This document shows, in pieces, positions 13,852-26,841 of a DNA stretch of 41,796 bases. A program made the translations under genes and the position numbers. Every line of letters begins with the position of its first letter. Position 1 is the first letter of the stretch. The notes under the pieces were generated by a model. It did no database searches. It saw only the letters and a list, made by a program, of their open reading frames with translations, and had not been told where the DNA came from. Where the stretch lies: NCBI GenBank assembly GCA_013239625.1, contig MU053792.1, forward strand, positions 780,941-822,736, read 5' to 3'. The stretch comes from Lama guanicoe (lineage: Eukaryota).

Positions 13852-14241
13852 TTATGGGCTGAACTATATTGCCCCCAATTTCATATGTTGAAGCCCTAAC
13901 GCCTAAAGCCTCAATGTAACCATATTTGGAGATAAGGCCTTGAAAGACGTGATTAAGTTCAAATGATGCCACGAGAGTGGGCCCTCATCCAGTCTGACTG
14001 GTGTCCTTATAAGAGGAAATTTGGACACACAAAGAGATGCCAGGGTGCATGGGGAAAAGACCATATGAAGGCACAGAGAGAAGGCAGCCATCCGCCAGCC
14101 ACGGAAGGAGGCCTCAGAAGAAACCAACCCAGCAACATCTTGATCTTAGACTCGTAGCCTCCAGAAATGTGAAAAATAAATGTCTGTTGTTTAAGGAACC
14201 CAGTCTGGTATTTTATTATGGCAACCAAAGCAAACTAATAC
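13852..14241 (+). mobile_element. MaLR LTR (MLT1A-like)
   Basis: TATGGGCTGAA...CCCCCAATTTCATATGTTGAAGCCCTAAC...GACTGGTGTCCTTATAAGAGGA...CCTCCAGAAATGTGAAAAATAAATG...CAAACTAATACA. Confidence 0.85.
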
Positions 14242-14329
14242 AGTGTGCATATGGTTTTAAAGTCAAAAAAATTTATTCCCCTCAAAAAAAATTTTTGAAA
14301 TATACTCAGTTAAAATGTGTCAATCTCTG

Positions 14330-14905
14330 GTGTGTATATATTGCCCCAGTCATGCATATATACATACATATATTTATTTTAATGTTCTTTTTCATTAAAA
14401 GTTATTATAAGATATTGAATATAGTTCCCTCTACTATACAAAAGAAATTTGTTTTTTTAATCTATTTTTATACATAGTGGTTATCATTTGCAAACATCAA
14501 ACTCCCAAATTTATCCCTTCCCACTCCCTTTCCCCCAGTAACCATAAGATTGTTTTTGTAGATAAGTTCATTAGTGTCTTCTTTTTGTTTGATTCCACAC
14601 ATACGAGTGCTATCATATGGCATTTTTCTTTCTCTTTCTGGCTTCCTTCACTGAGAATGAGGATCTCTAGATCCATCCATGTTGCTGCAAAGGACATTAT
14701 TTTATTCTTTTTATGGCTGAATAGTATTCCATTGTATAAATATACCACAACTTCTTTATCCAGTGATCTGTTGATGGATATTTAGGTTGCTTCCATGTCT
14801 TGGCTATTGTAAATTGTGCTGCTATGAACATTGGGGTGCATGTATCTTTTTTAATTAGAATTCCCTCTGGATGTATGCCCAGCAGTGGGATTGCTGGATC
14901 ATGTG
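14330..14905 (-). mobile_element. 5'-truncated L1 (ORF2 C-terminus plus 3'UTR)
   Basis: Peptide KKNKIMSFAATWMDLEILILSE.SQKEKEK.HMIALV (14497-14748). Confidence 0.9.
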
Positions 14906-15279
14906 GTTAGTAGGAAAACCTTCTTTCCACATAGAATGAACAACAGTAATGCTTATTACAATAGGGAAGATCTGGGACTGAATACAACATTGGCAAGGAA
15001 ATATCCTGCCTGGAATAAAACTAACAATAACTAGGCACTATTTGGGCAGCTGTCTCTGATCTACTTCCTGTTACTCAGCAACCACCACCTCAGTTCCTTC
15101 TCATTTATAGATAATAAAGTGGAGGATAATTTACTGCTGCTTGATGATACAATTTAGTCAACATCTTTGTTACTAATTCTTACGGATTTTCTTTGAAGCC
15201 TGTCTATCAGCCTGTGAGACACTTAGCCTTCTGCTCTCAGAAAGCTGTGTCTCTCAGCACCCATCCTCATTGCCAAAAG

Positions 15280-15783
15280 TGTCAAGAATTGTTAAGTCTG
15301 AGATTTTACCCTATGTTTAAGCTAACTGGTTATCCTGCTACTGTTTTATGGATGCTGGAGGAAGACAAAACCCTCCTGGGTCACAGATGAAGGCCAGTGT
15401 GTTACTCACAGCAATCACAGTAGCTAGAGCATCACCATTTTTTGTCCATCCCCCAATCCCCAGTTTCCAGAAGATGAAACAAAGAGGATCAGCTGATACC
15501 TGCGTACACAGGGGACTGCATCTATGGAAAGGAACCCTGAGCTGAGGGATCCTGAGCCTTTATTCATGGGCAGTAAGCATGCCTAAGCCTACACTCCAGA
15601 AGGAGATGCTGTCTTTAAATCTTTTCCAAAACCTGTAAACAAAACTGCTATTTGCCCCAGGAGATGCTTTTCTATTTTCCAAGACTCTTTGCTATACAAG
15701 TATCTTTGAGAAGGTAATCTGGAGCAAAGGCAGTTCTCACAGGACATGTGTAAGTGTGAGAGGCTGTCAAGAATTTCCCAACA
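15280..15783 (-). mobile_element. Old ERV-type solo LTR (family not assigned)
   Basis: TGTC...CCCAACA termini, about 500 bp, resembling ancient eutherian MER-class LTRs. Confidence 0.55.
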
Positions 15784-15829
15784 GGTGTGAGATAAACACT
15801 TGTCTTCAGCTGCTCTCTTGCTCTGAGTA

Positions 15830-17040
15830 AATTATTTCAAAATTCATGCCTTTCATTTCTGGGACACTTAATTTTTTCTCTGGTAATTTGCTCTTCTCTG
15901 TCTTCTATGTTCTCCTTTCTAAAACTCTTAGTATCTAAGTGTACGATTTTCTGGATTTACCTTCTAACTTTATTATGTTTCCTCTCTTTTTCTCCTTTTC
16001 TTTTTGTTCTACTTTATGAGAGATTTTCTCAACTTTTTCTTCCAACCCAGTTATTAAATTTTAAATTTCTGCTGTCATTTTTTTAATTTCCAAATGTCAG
16101 TGTCTTCTTTTAAGTTTTTGAATGTTTATTTTCAAAAGCTTACTCCTTTTTATTTCATGGCTAAAATATTTTCTCTTAGTTCTCTGAGAATACTAATTAT
16201 AATGGTGGGTTTTTTGTTTTGTTTTCTGAGTCTTCTTCTGCTCCCTGCATTGCTGTGTTCCCTTTAAGTTCTTATTTTTTTAATCTCAGAATCTTTCCTG
16301 AAATATATGATAATCCTTGCCTGTTTAGCCTTATTTAGATTAAAATAACAACAACCAAAAAAAATTTTAAAAACCTGACTAGAAGCTGAAGCTTATCAAG
16401 TGGTTGGCCTCATCACGGAATGACTGGGCAAGAACCTCCCCAGCTCTTTCTTCCTGGGCTAGTCAATATCGTCAGGAGGAACCCTCCATCTCTTGCGTCT
16501 TGCAGGTAACCCTCGCTGCCAAAATTCTTGGAAATGAGCTGGAGGCAGGGACTGAGATTCTCCACCTTTTAATATATAGACTCTCGCTCTATTCAGTCCA
16601 GTCCCCTTACCCCCAGCTCTGCTGGTGTCCTCGCCAGGCAGTAAACTGTCTCCTGACAGAGCTGATGAGAGAATCTGGAAGCCTAACTCATTCTGTTTCT
16701 GTTATTTAGCCCTGTGGACTGTCCAGCCTTCGGAAATGACTGGCACCTCCCAGTCGTGAGACACTGGTGTTTTGCAGCATTATTTGTCTTGATCCTTGCT
16801 TCCCCCACTGTAGACACATAGCTTTCATCTGTCTCTGCTTGTCTAAATATGTCACCACTTGTCTGCTTCTCAGCTTTCAATATTTTGCTGACATCTCTAG
16901 TGTGCTCTTTTGTATCTTCTGTGATCTTCTGTGCTTCTGTGTTTTTACCTTAGATCTATCCCTTTGCAATGTCATTTGAGATGGATTTCAGAAGGAAGCA
17001 AAAATGTACATTTGTATTCAGTCTGCCATTTTTAACCAGA
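15830..17040 (-). mobile_element. Highly decayed ancient L1M 5'/ORF1 region
   Basis: Strong T-skew, CTACTTTATGAGAGATTTTCTCAACTTTTTCTTCCAACCC motif, ending CAGTCTGCCATTTTTAACCAGAA. Confidence 0.55.
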
Positions 17041-17386
17041 ACAATGATAGATTTTTTAACGAAGGGAAGGCCCTTGACGATACAGAGAAGCAAAATAAGA
17101 AAAGACTTACTTTCAATAGATGAAATTGGGGCTTCATATGTTAATTGAGCATCATTATTTGCAAAGCTCCAAAAATGCCAAAATAGAAGTTTTAAATTCA
17201 GCAATTGTTTTCAAATGACCTAATAGAATATCTGGACTTCCCACTTTAAAACATGAAATGAAAATGGTTTTCAAGTTTGGGTAATCCTAAAGTGTCTACT
17301 TGAAACCTGAACAGATTCCAAAAAGACGCTCGAACCAAGAATTCATACAATATTGCCATAGCAAATTGATATTTTCTTATATACAG

Positions 17387-18162
17387 GTGTTTAAAATGAT
17401 TAAAGAAGACAATTTACAAACTTTAATACTTCATGAAGCAGGCAGTCTCCATTTCCACATGTTCAGAGAACTTCAAAATGGGGCAGAAGGCAGGAAGATT
17501 TTATAGCATAAAGAATAAGTAATAAGAAAGAGAAAAACCAAAAATGACTAAAGCACAAGGGAATAAATATAGTGCCCAGAGTTGGCTTGGTGTTTGGAGA
17601 TTGGCTGACTGGATATTTTAGGTTTCTGGTTAAGTAGAGCATTTACAGGGACACAAAACTGTCAACTGAAAGAAAATGCACGACCTAAAAGTTGAGAATT
17701 ACGTTCTATTCAGTGGACTTGTTGAGAACTTAAGCCCAGGAGGCAGCCTTTCAGGTAGCTCGGAGGAAGTAAGGGAGGAGTCAGTATATATAGGAGTTTT
17801 TGCAACAAAAAACAGGTAATCAAAAGATTAACTCAGGAAAACCAGACATTTCAAGTGAATGAATTTAGTGCTTTTCTGTGTATGGGAAGATGCAAGAATA
17901 TGAGCTCACTAAAATCATTACTTTGAAAAGCACCTTAACCATCTAGGGCCAGTGTCTTGATTTTCTCCATCCTGAATCCCCTCAGGGTGCACCGTTGGGG
18001 GTAGCTGCAGTGGTTGCGGGCTAGATGGCCACAGCGTCCTTTGTTTACCGATGAGGCAGGCAGCATGTTTTTGTCCATAAAGGTCATGTAAGTTTCAGTT
18101 TGCTGACATGCCCCCACCACCGCGGGAGTGGCTTCATCCTGAGCCTTGAAATTTAATTCAAC
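17387..18162 (-). mobile_element. Older ERV LTR interrupted by the 17660-18079 LTR
   Basis: TGTTT...TTCAACA termini. Sequence on either side of the inner LTR reads continuously (GGGACACAAAA...GGTCATGTAAGTTTCAGTTTGCTGAC). Confidence 0.5.
17660..18079 (-). mobile_element. MER41-like ERV1 solo LTR nested in an older LTR
   Basis: Begins TGTCAACTGAAAGAAAATGCACGACCTAAAAGTTGAGAATTA. Clearly homologous to 19650-20121 and, reversed, to 18977-19364. Confidence 0.75.
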
Positions 18163-18976
18163 ACAAGATACCAATGCCAATGACATTGTATTTGCTAAAT
18201 TATACTGCTGATTGGTTACTATTAAGCAAAATATAAAGCATTTAGAAGAAAAAGTAGTAAACTGGAGAAATAACCCAACGTTAAATTTCTATTTCAGAAA
18301 AATGTCTCAGGTTAAAACAACTTCTGTGCAAATCAATCCCCTTCATTTCATGGATTTACTAAAATACTCTATTCTTTTATTTTATGGTCAAAGGATGATA
18401 GAGAAAAGAATGGCATTGCTAGCTATTGTGGGACCGCTGTCTTTCGTAAATGAAAACATAATGAGAGCTAAATAAACAAAAAGAATTGTTGAAATTCTCT
18501 TCCATTCATCAGTGTTACAGAGCTACAGAGGAGACAGAGCTATATGCAATTATTGCGATGATTTTTTGATTTTCATAACCAAAAGAACAGAACAGAAACT
18601 AATGGGGATACCAAAAGGAAAAGATATGCATTTATTGTCTCAGATTTTATTATGCTGCATAAATATTTTAAAATCAATCATTTCTATTTAAATCAATGAG
18701 TATTCACTGAATTTGCTTCCTTACATATACAAGGATTAATAATGCATCACAGATTATTCCAAACAGCTTGATGTGTTTCCAGTGTAAAGAATTTAGTATA
18801 CATATTAAAAGACAATGCAACAAATGTTTCTTATATGTAGTTCTTTGTTAAGATAACATTGGGGAAACAGGGCTACTTTTTCAGATAGAAGTTTTATTGC
18901 AGCACTATTTTCAGTCATTAAAAATAGGTCCACAAGATTCTATTTCTCCCCAACAATTGACATCACAAATGTGAAT

Positions 18977-19364
18977 TGTTAATGAAAAATACTGGAAGCC
19001 ATTTCAGTAAACAAAGAATGCTGAAGCCATCAAGTCATTTCAGCTTCTGGCCCTAGATAGCTAGATGTTTGTCAAAGGAATGATTTCAAGAAGCCCAAAC
19101 CTTTGTTCCTTCCCGTACATAGAAAAGCATTACATTCTTTAACCTGAGATGTCTGGTTTTCTTCAACAGTAATCTTTAACGTTCTGACTACCTGGTCTTT
19201 GCTGTAAAGCTCCTATATATCCTGGCTCCTCCCTCTTCGGAGCAGCCCCCCAGAGCCATCTAGGGGGCTCTCATCCCTGCTCGAAGGGGTTTGAGTCCTC
19301 AGAAATGTCCACCAAATAAAACATAACTCTCAACTTTCAGGCTGCTCATTTATTTCAGTCGACA
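18977..19364 (+). mobile_element. MER41-like ERV1 solo LTR
   Basis: TGTTA...CGACA termini with perfect 4-bp TSD GAAT (18973-18976 and 19365-19368). CCTATATAT TATA box near 19212 and AATAAA near 19316. Confidence 0.85.
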
Positions 19365-19649
19365 GAATCATACCAGATTATTTAATTTGTTTCTCACCCG
19401 AATCAGTGCTTCTGGGTGTTGTCAAGGGAAAATAAAATCTCCCAAGCTGTTTTGTTCTATATAAGGGGCATTGTACTCATGCTGAATCCAGAAGGATTTT
19501 TAAAAGTGGACAAATGGCCTAGCCAAGCATACATTTCTTGTGCACGAGAAACAGTTGGCACAGCAACCACCACCCATCCTATACCTGGTAAGTTCCCAGA
19601 TGATTCCTTATGTTGAAATGCAACTAAACACTGTTGCTACCGTAGGCAG

Positions 19650-20121
19650 TATAGACTGAAATAAATGCGCAGCTTAAAAGTTGAGAGTTATGTTTTATTT
19701 GGCCGACATTTCTGAGGACTCGAACCCTTGAAGTTGGGATGACAGCCTCTCAGATCGCTCTGAGGGACTGCTCCAAGGAGGTGGGGGAGGAGCCAGGATA
19801 TATAGGAGCTTTACAACAAAGACCAGGTAGTTGAAACTTAAAAGATTACTTGTTAGCTAAAGAAAACCAGGCGTCTCAAGTTAAAGAATTTAGTGTTTTT
19901 CCATGTATGGGAGGAAGCAAACGTCTGGGCTCTTTGAAATCATTCCTTTGACAAGCACCCAGCTATCAGGGCCAGTCTCCTGTCCTTTCCTATTCCGAGT
20001 CCCCTCAGGTGGCTGCAGAGGCCGGCCTCCTTGCTCGCCTGCATCCTGAGTTGGCTGATGACTTGATAACTACGGCATTCTTTGTTTACTGATATGCTCT
20101 GCAGGATTTTTCTCTTGCACA
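19650..20121 (-). mobile_element. MER41-like ERV1 solo LTR
   Basis: GACTGAAATAAATGCGCAGCTTAAAAGTTGAGAGTTATGTTTTATT is the reverse complement of the 3' end of the 18977-19364 LTR. Ends TTGCACA. No clean TSD. Confidence 0.8.
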
Positions 20122-20343
20122 GTCACAATTCAAGGTAAGGAGCGATATAAAGGAGCGACATAAACATGGCATTTTGCCAGGCAGCAGACTTTTCTAGAAG
20201 ATGAAAGACTGCTGAGACAAATCCCAATGTTTTCATTAAAAAGTTATAAGGCTTTCAGATTTTCAATTTTTTAAGTCATTTAAATTTATTTTTTCCTTTC
20301 AGTTTTATTCAGATATAATTGACATACATCACTCCATGGGTCA

Positions 20344-20477
20344 GGGGAGGTAATAAGGTTTTATTTATTTATTTATTTTTATAATTTTTTTTTTTAATGA
20401 AGGTACGGGGGATTGAACCCAGGACCTTGTGCATGCTAAGCACACGCTCTACCACTGAGCTCTACCTTCCTCCCTCC
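20344..20477 (-). mobile_element. tRNA-derived SINE, Vic-1-like (camelid)
   Basis: Minus strand GGTAGAGCTCAGTGGTAGAGCGTGTGCTTAGCATGCACAAGGTCCTGGGTTCAATCCCC (A and B boxes), then an A-rich (AAAT)n linker and ACCTTATTACCTCCCC tail. Confidence 0.85.
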
Positions 20478-22677
20478 TCAGATTTTCAGTATTTATGATC
20501 TGATTTTTCATACATGGTAGAACAACATTTTCAGATGGCTGCAGCAAAATTCTTGAGAAATGGTTTATCTGAAAACACCATTGTCCCGTATCTTTGGGGA
20601 CTGCCTCTTGCTCCATGCAGTGTCACAAGATGTGATTGTTTGACATAAGCTTGCTTATAGGTAGCTACGTAAAGTATTCCAAATGTTTAGGGGCAATTTT
20701 TCAGATTTACCTCAGAGAGTAGGCTGCTGACACTACAAATGAGAGACTGCTCCTCAATGGGGAGCAGAGACAGAGACCCCAGTACTTCCAGACCATCCTG
20801 CAGCAGGCAGATGAATCACAGAATCACCTAAAAACAATAGCTCTTTTATCATGTACTAGATCAAGTCATGTACACACACAGACCGATAATCTCTAATTCT
20901 CAGTAAATACCAGTAAATAATACTTTTACAGACGAGGATAGTGAAACACATTAAGGCTTCGTAACTCACGGAAAATGGTCCAGTTTGCAAGGTAGAGAGA
21001 GATTTAAACTGAGGGTATGTCTAAAATGAGGAATTGAAACATCTGGTTCCTTCTGAGCTGATGTCCTGGTCAATGCAAGAACAACAGTGCTACGCGGAGT
21101 CAAGAACTGTCCCCTAACATTTACCTTCTTACTCAGTGAATCTGCCACAAATTTAGAAGACTTCAGAGGATGGCTGCAGAACAATTTTAATATACCAGCC
21201 TCATCTGCCAGTGACAAATGTAGCAATGATCGCTGGCTTCTGGGAACAGTCTTTGCAATTGTTTTTGTGGAAAGTGATGGGACTGCCAGATAGTGTAAAC
21301 TGAAATGTGATCAGCTAGTCACAAAGAGTTGAGTCCTCATGACAGGGAGACCACTTACAGAGGGCCAGTTATAAGACACGTTCCCTACTTCATGTCAGCG
21401 TATGCTGAAGAGTGCTAACATCTGTTTGGGGAGATGTTCAAAGGAAGGGGAAATAGTTATCTGATCTGTTGGGACCGGTTCCACTTTCTTTAGATGATAA
21501 AAAAAAAATTGAAGGAAGAGAAGCAGATAGCTATTTTATCTATCTATATGTAAATGCAAACCTAAAGTTGTAGACTCAAAGAGAGATGAGAATAGGAAGG
21601 GCTGAGTTAAGGAAACGTGACTATGAGTGTAAACTGAAGCATGAGACAATACGCAGAATAAAATGAAAAATAATTAAAAAGAGACATACACAAAATATTT
21701 TAGTTGCTGTAAACTAAAACTAGCAGACTGTAGACCAGTTTAAAATCAGAAGAAATTAATGAATCTGACACTGAAAGACATTTTCAAAATACTTCTTTGA
21801 TTATTTCACTCCCTCCTCAAAAATCATTGCATAGTCTCTATTCCCTATTGAATAAAACCTAAACTCTTTAGCCTGACGTCCACCCCTGTCGCTCTTAACA
21901 ACTACTCCATTATATGTGTTGAGAAATTCAAAGGCAGATTTTCTAACTGGGCAGTAAAGTGACAGGTTTGTGTTTTAGGAGTATTCCTGACAGCAGAATG
22001 GAGTATTCATGGAAGTAAAGAGGAACTACAGACAGGGTAATGATTTAGGCCACGAGGGTAGCAGTTTCGTCTCAAAGATGAAGAGGATATAAGCTGAAAT
22101 GGTGAAAGCGGGCGTGGCACTTTCATTGGGCTTGAATTTTAAAATCCTGAAATGTGTCTAGGTTTTCTCAAATGCAGAATGTTTTGTCTCAAGTCCATTT
22201 AGACAAAATCTGGAGGATCTACGTGAGATAAGGACTGGAGGAGGGGGAGCAAACTCTCCCCTGCTGGTTCCTAGCTCCCACAGAGCTGATGATAGTTGTA
22301 GTCCCATGGATGTCGAGCTACATCCCAGCAGGTCTGCAGGTCTTACAGACGAGTGACCAGATGGTACTTCAGTCTTCACTTACTTCAGTTTTATTCATTT
22401 GCTTGAAGTTTTATCAACTCAATTGGGCATAAGTGTGACATATGAATAACCAGAAGCTTGGATTATGAGACTCGTTGAACACATTCTCCACCCAGGGCTG
22501 GGCTCCGTTCTCATCTCTGGGGCACTCTCCTCTTTTCTTTATTTATCCCATGGCCTTAACAGATGGTTTTACTGAATACTGTAGAGCTGTTTTGGAAACT
22601 ACTTCAACCAAAATTATACCTATCACTTTTAGCTAATGGTCTTTGCCTTTATCTCAGGCTCCATAAAGAGATGAATT

Positions 22678-22680
<3 letters not shown>

Positions 22681-22718
<38 letters not shown>
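22681..22718. repeat. (CA)n microsatellite
   Basis: About 19 perfect CA units. Confidence 0.97.
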
Positions 22719-22723
<5 letters not shown>

Positions 22724-23210
22724 ACTTATCCATCACTGGGTAATAAACCACCCCAAACTTAGTGACTTAAAAGAAGCACTTATTGTTCTCAACAACACTT
22801 TGTGGGGACTTGCTCAGCTTGGCAAGCCTTCTGTCCCTGGGCAATCCTGTGACAGTGGTTGGGGCTACAGTCATCTGCGGATGTGACTGGGCTAGAATGC
22901 CCAAGATGGCTAACTGACATGACTGCTAAGTTGATACTACCTGTCAGCTGGGATCTCAGCTGGGTCTGTTACCCAATGTGCCTCTTTGGGTATTTCTCAA
23001 ACTTGACAGCTAGGTGCTAAGAAGGAGCGTTTCAGAAAGACAAGCCCCAGTGTTCAAAGCACTGTGTTCAAGACTTGGGAAGTCTTTAGTCGCATCTTTT
23101 TTGGTGTCCCATTGGTATCCCATTGGCCAGGGCTACTCACAAGATCAGAACAGAATCATGGGAAGAGGAAATAAGCTGTACCTCTTAATGTGAGGAGCAG
23201 CTTGAGCGTC
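22716..23210 (-). mobile_element. Old MaLR LTR (MLT1F-J-like)
   Basis: TAATAAACCACCCCAAACTTAGTGACTTAAAA...CCAAGATGGCTAACTGACATG...CCCATTGGCCA. Confidence 0.7.
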
Positions 23211-25204
23211 TCACATCATCATCATCATCGTTATTACTATTATTATTATCATATAGGGAGAAGGAATTATTGAGTGTTATCTTTTGGTGCTCTCTACTAA
23301 ACATACACACATACACACACACACATATCTGTACACAGTATTAAAATGTATATGTTTAAATTAATACAAAAAGCCCTCCTGCTTTATCATTTCCACATAT
23401 AACCATCCAGACTCAGGATATTGTCCCTAACTTATCAGCTAAAGGTAAAGCCGTGATAAAGTGTCATGACTGTTTAAGTCAGAAACTGTGATAAATCAAG
23501 AATTGTCCACAATCTCCTCTCTATTGTAGAAAATCAAGGAATTATGACCACTGAGATAACAGGGCAAGTGGTAGAGGTGTTGGGAGGACTACCACGTTCA
23601 GTTTTGCTGGTTGTACACTGCACACAGAGACTACTGTATGAATGCCATGCATTAGAGTTGTGCAGAGCAAAACCAACCACCATTTCCTTGGTTCTAAAAT
23701 TGAGAGACTGAATAGACAGCAATGTAATTAACTGAGACAGAAAACTCAACAGAAGATTTAAGTGTAGTTAGGAAGACAATGAATCCCACACTGATCACTC
23801 TGGGTTTGAAGTGTGTATTCAACATCTGTTTCTGTGTGTAATGGATACTAGGAAGCGTTCATTGGAGCAGAGTAAGGCAGGGGAATAGATGAGATCATCA
23901 AAAAAAAAAAAAGATGTGGATAGGAGAGGAAGAGCCTGAAACAATAAGCCTGCAATGTACGAGAAAAAATGATGGGAGCCACTGAAGCATTCTGAGAAAG
24001 AGCAGTCAGAAGCCACTCACAACATGACATGTATCTGCCAGATTGTGAGAGATCAGTAAAAGCCAGTTTCTTAAGACAAATATAAAGATCTCTGCTTAAA
24101 ACAGGGGCAATTAACTTTCTATCACTGTCTTTACGCAAGCTCTCTGAGACAAGATGTTAATTCACAGTAAAGCTGCTGTGTTTTTCTGACTTTCTTCCTG
24201 CTGCAGAGTTGCAAAGATAGCCTCAAATAGTGATCTTTGCCTCGTGTAACGCTTTACAGTCAGAAAGCACGTTCACTTACTTTATCTAATTTCACCCTCG
24301 GAAGTACTTAGGGCAGATATCAGTATCTTCGTTTTACAGAGGAGCACACTGAAGCGGAGAGAAGAGATCCTTCCAAACTGGAGTTCTGTCCTCTGACTCC
24401 TAATCAGTTTGGTTTCCATTGAGTTGCTCTGTTACATTAAGAATCAAGTCCTTGCTTTTCATTATCCACGCAGATCCCTAGGTTTTCCAAATTGGGGATG
24501 TCCTGCCTTAGAGCTAACAGTTCTGCTGGGGAAGATTTGGCAGTAGCTGATCCGCTATGGTGGCTGATAAATGTCCTTCTGAATTTTTGTGGCTGTATAT
24601 TTCACTCCCTCTCTGTTCGTGGCATGAATTTCAGAATATATGTTACTTTTTCCACATGATGAAAAAAATTAATAAGTTATCACTGCCTCTAGGAATGCAC
24701 TTAAATAAAACTTACAACTAGAAAATTAAACATGCCTTTTTATTGACAGAAGCATCTCTCATTATCTTTTCAACCCCTAAATTTATGTATTTATAAGACA
24801 TATTCCTGATGGTTTAACAGTATTGTTTCTTTCAAATTCCCACATCTTTCAGCAACCCCCTTTATAGCATAATACTATTTCAGAACATTATTATGAGGGT
24901 GTCCACTTCTTTACCCCCTATTTCTAAGCAAAGTTTTCCTTTCTCATCACTAGCCCAACAAACATTTATTGAACTCTTGGCAGGTGTTAGGCACTATATA
25001 AGATTCTTGAGTTATAACATGGTTATTACCAAAAAATCAGTGGTGTCAATATTTGATGAACATTATTTCAACTATTCCTGGATGGATAGGTAGATAGATA
25101 AACAGATAGATAGTTAGAGATATACAGATATATCTCCATATCTCTACTCCATATCTCAAATCTCCATTTAATATCTAAATTATTCAACAATGATTATTAA
25201 CCTT

Positions 25205-25342
25205 GTATTTATTTTTTAAGTTTTTAATTTATGTATTAATTTTTTCATCAAAGTATAGTCAGTTACAATGTGTCCATCTCTGGTATAAAGCACAATGTCC
25301 CAGTCATACATACACATACATAGGTTTGTTTTCATATTCTTA
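25205..25342 (-). mobile_element. Tiny L1 3' end with TSD
   Basis: AAGTATAGTCAGTTACAATGTGTC...TTTTCATATTCTT, flanked by ATTATTAACCTT at 25193-25204 and 25343-25354. Confidence 0.75.
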
Positions 25343-25659
25343 ATTATTAACCTTATAAATTAATCTGAGATATTTATTGGAAGATATACATATATATGTA
25401 AAAGATAAAATGGAAATAATTTCACAAAGTTGACTTCAAGCAATAATGCAGTTTTATGTATATGATTAATAACTTTTCTATTTGAATTCATGAGAAGCTG
25501 AGGAAATAAGCATTGATGAACTTCAGATGAATTCCTTTATGACAAAAGACATTACTTCCCATGAAATTATTTCACTATTAAGAAAAAGACTGTGAACAGT
25601 ATTAAGAGGCTGGAGACATTATAACTGATTGTGTTTTTGTCTTACAGACGTGTTTTATC

Positions 25660-26801
25660 TTTTTAAATTTTTGAAGTGAAGTATCATTGATTTACAATAT
25701 TCTGTTCATTTCAGGTGTACAGCATGTGATTCACCTATTTTTTCTGATTATATTTCAATATAGGTTACAAGATGTTGACTAGAATTCTCTGTGCTATACA
25801 GTAAATCCTTGTTGCTTATCTATTTTGTGTGTAGTAGTTTATATCTTTGAATCCCATACTCCTAATTTGTCCCTCCTTTCCTCTCTCTTCAGTAGCTGTA
25901 AGTTTCATTTCTAAGTCTGTGAGTCTGTTTTAGTTTTATATATAGATTTGTTATATTATTTTTTAGATTCCAAACATGAGTGCTATCATATGGTATTTGT
26001 CTTTCTCTGTCTGATTCACTTCACTAAGCAGAATATTCCTAGATGCATCCATGTTGATGCAAATGACAATAATTTATTCTTTTTTATGTCTGACTAGTAG
26101 TCCATTGTATACATGTAACACCTTTGCTTAAGCCAGTCACTTGTTGGACATGTGGGCTGTCTCCACGTCTTGGCTATTGTAATAGTGCTGCTGTGAACAT
26201 TGGGGTGCATGTATCTCTTCAGGTTAGAGTTCTCATCTTTTCTGGGTACATACCCAAGAGTGGATTGCTGGATCGTATGTAGCTCTATTTTTAGTTTTTT
26301 GAGGAATCTTCATACTGTTTTCCACACTGGTGGCACCAATTTCCATTCCCACCAACAATGTAAGAGGGTTCTCTTTTCTCCACACCCTAACCAGCATTTA
26401 ATATTTGTAAACTTTTTAATGATGGCCATTCTGACCAGTGTAAGGTGATACCTTATTGTGGTTTTGACTTGCAAATAATTAGCAATATGTGCATTTCTCT
26501 AATAATTAGCAATTATGTGCATGTTTTCATGTGCCTGTTGGCCATCTGGATGTCTTCTTTGGAGAAATGTCTATTTAGGTATTCTGCCCATTTTTCAATT
26601 GAGTTTTTTTTGTGTGTGATATTGAGTTGTATGAACAATTTGTATAATTTTTTTTTGATATTAACCCCTTGTCAGTTGCATCATTTGCAAATATTTTCTC
26701 CTATTCCATAGGTTGTCTTATTTCATTTTGTTGATGGTTTCTTTTGCTGTGCAAAAGCTTTTAAGTTAGATTAGGTCCCATTTTGTTTTGGGGGGTTTTT
26801 T

Positions 26802-26841
<40 letters not shown>

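Noticed and set aside
20400..20475. tRNA gene
   Set aside because: The A and B boxes belong to a SINE head followed by an A-rich tail and TSD. No proper acceptor stem.
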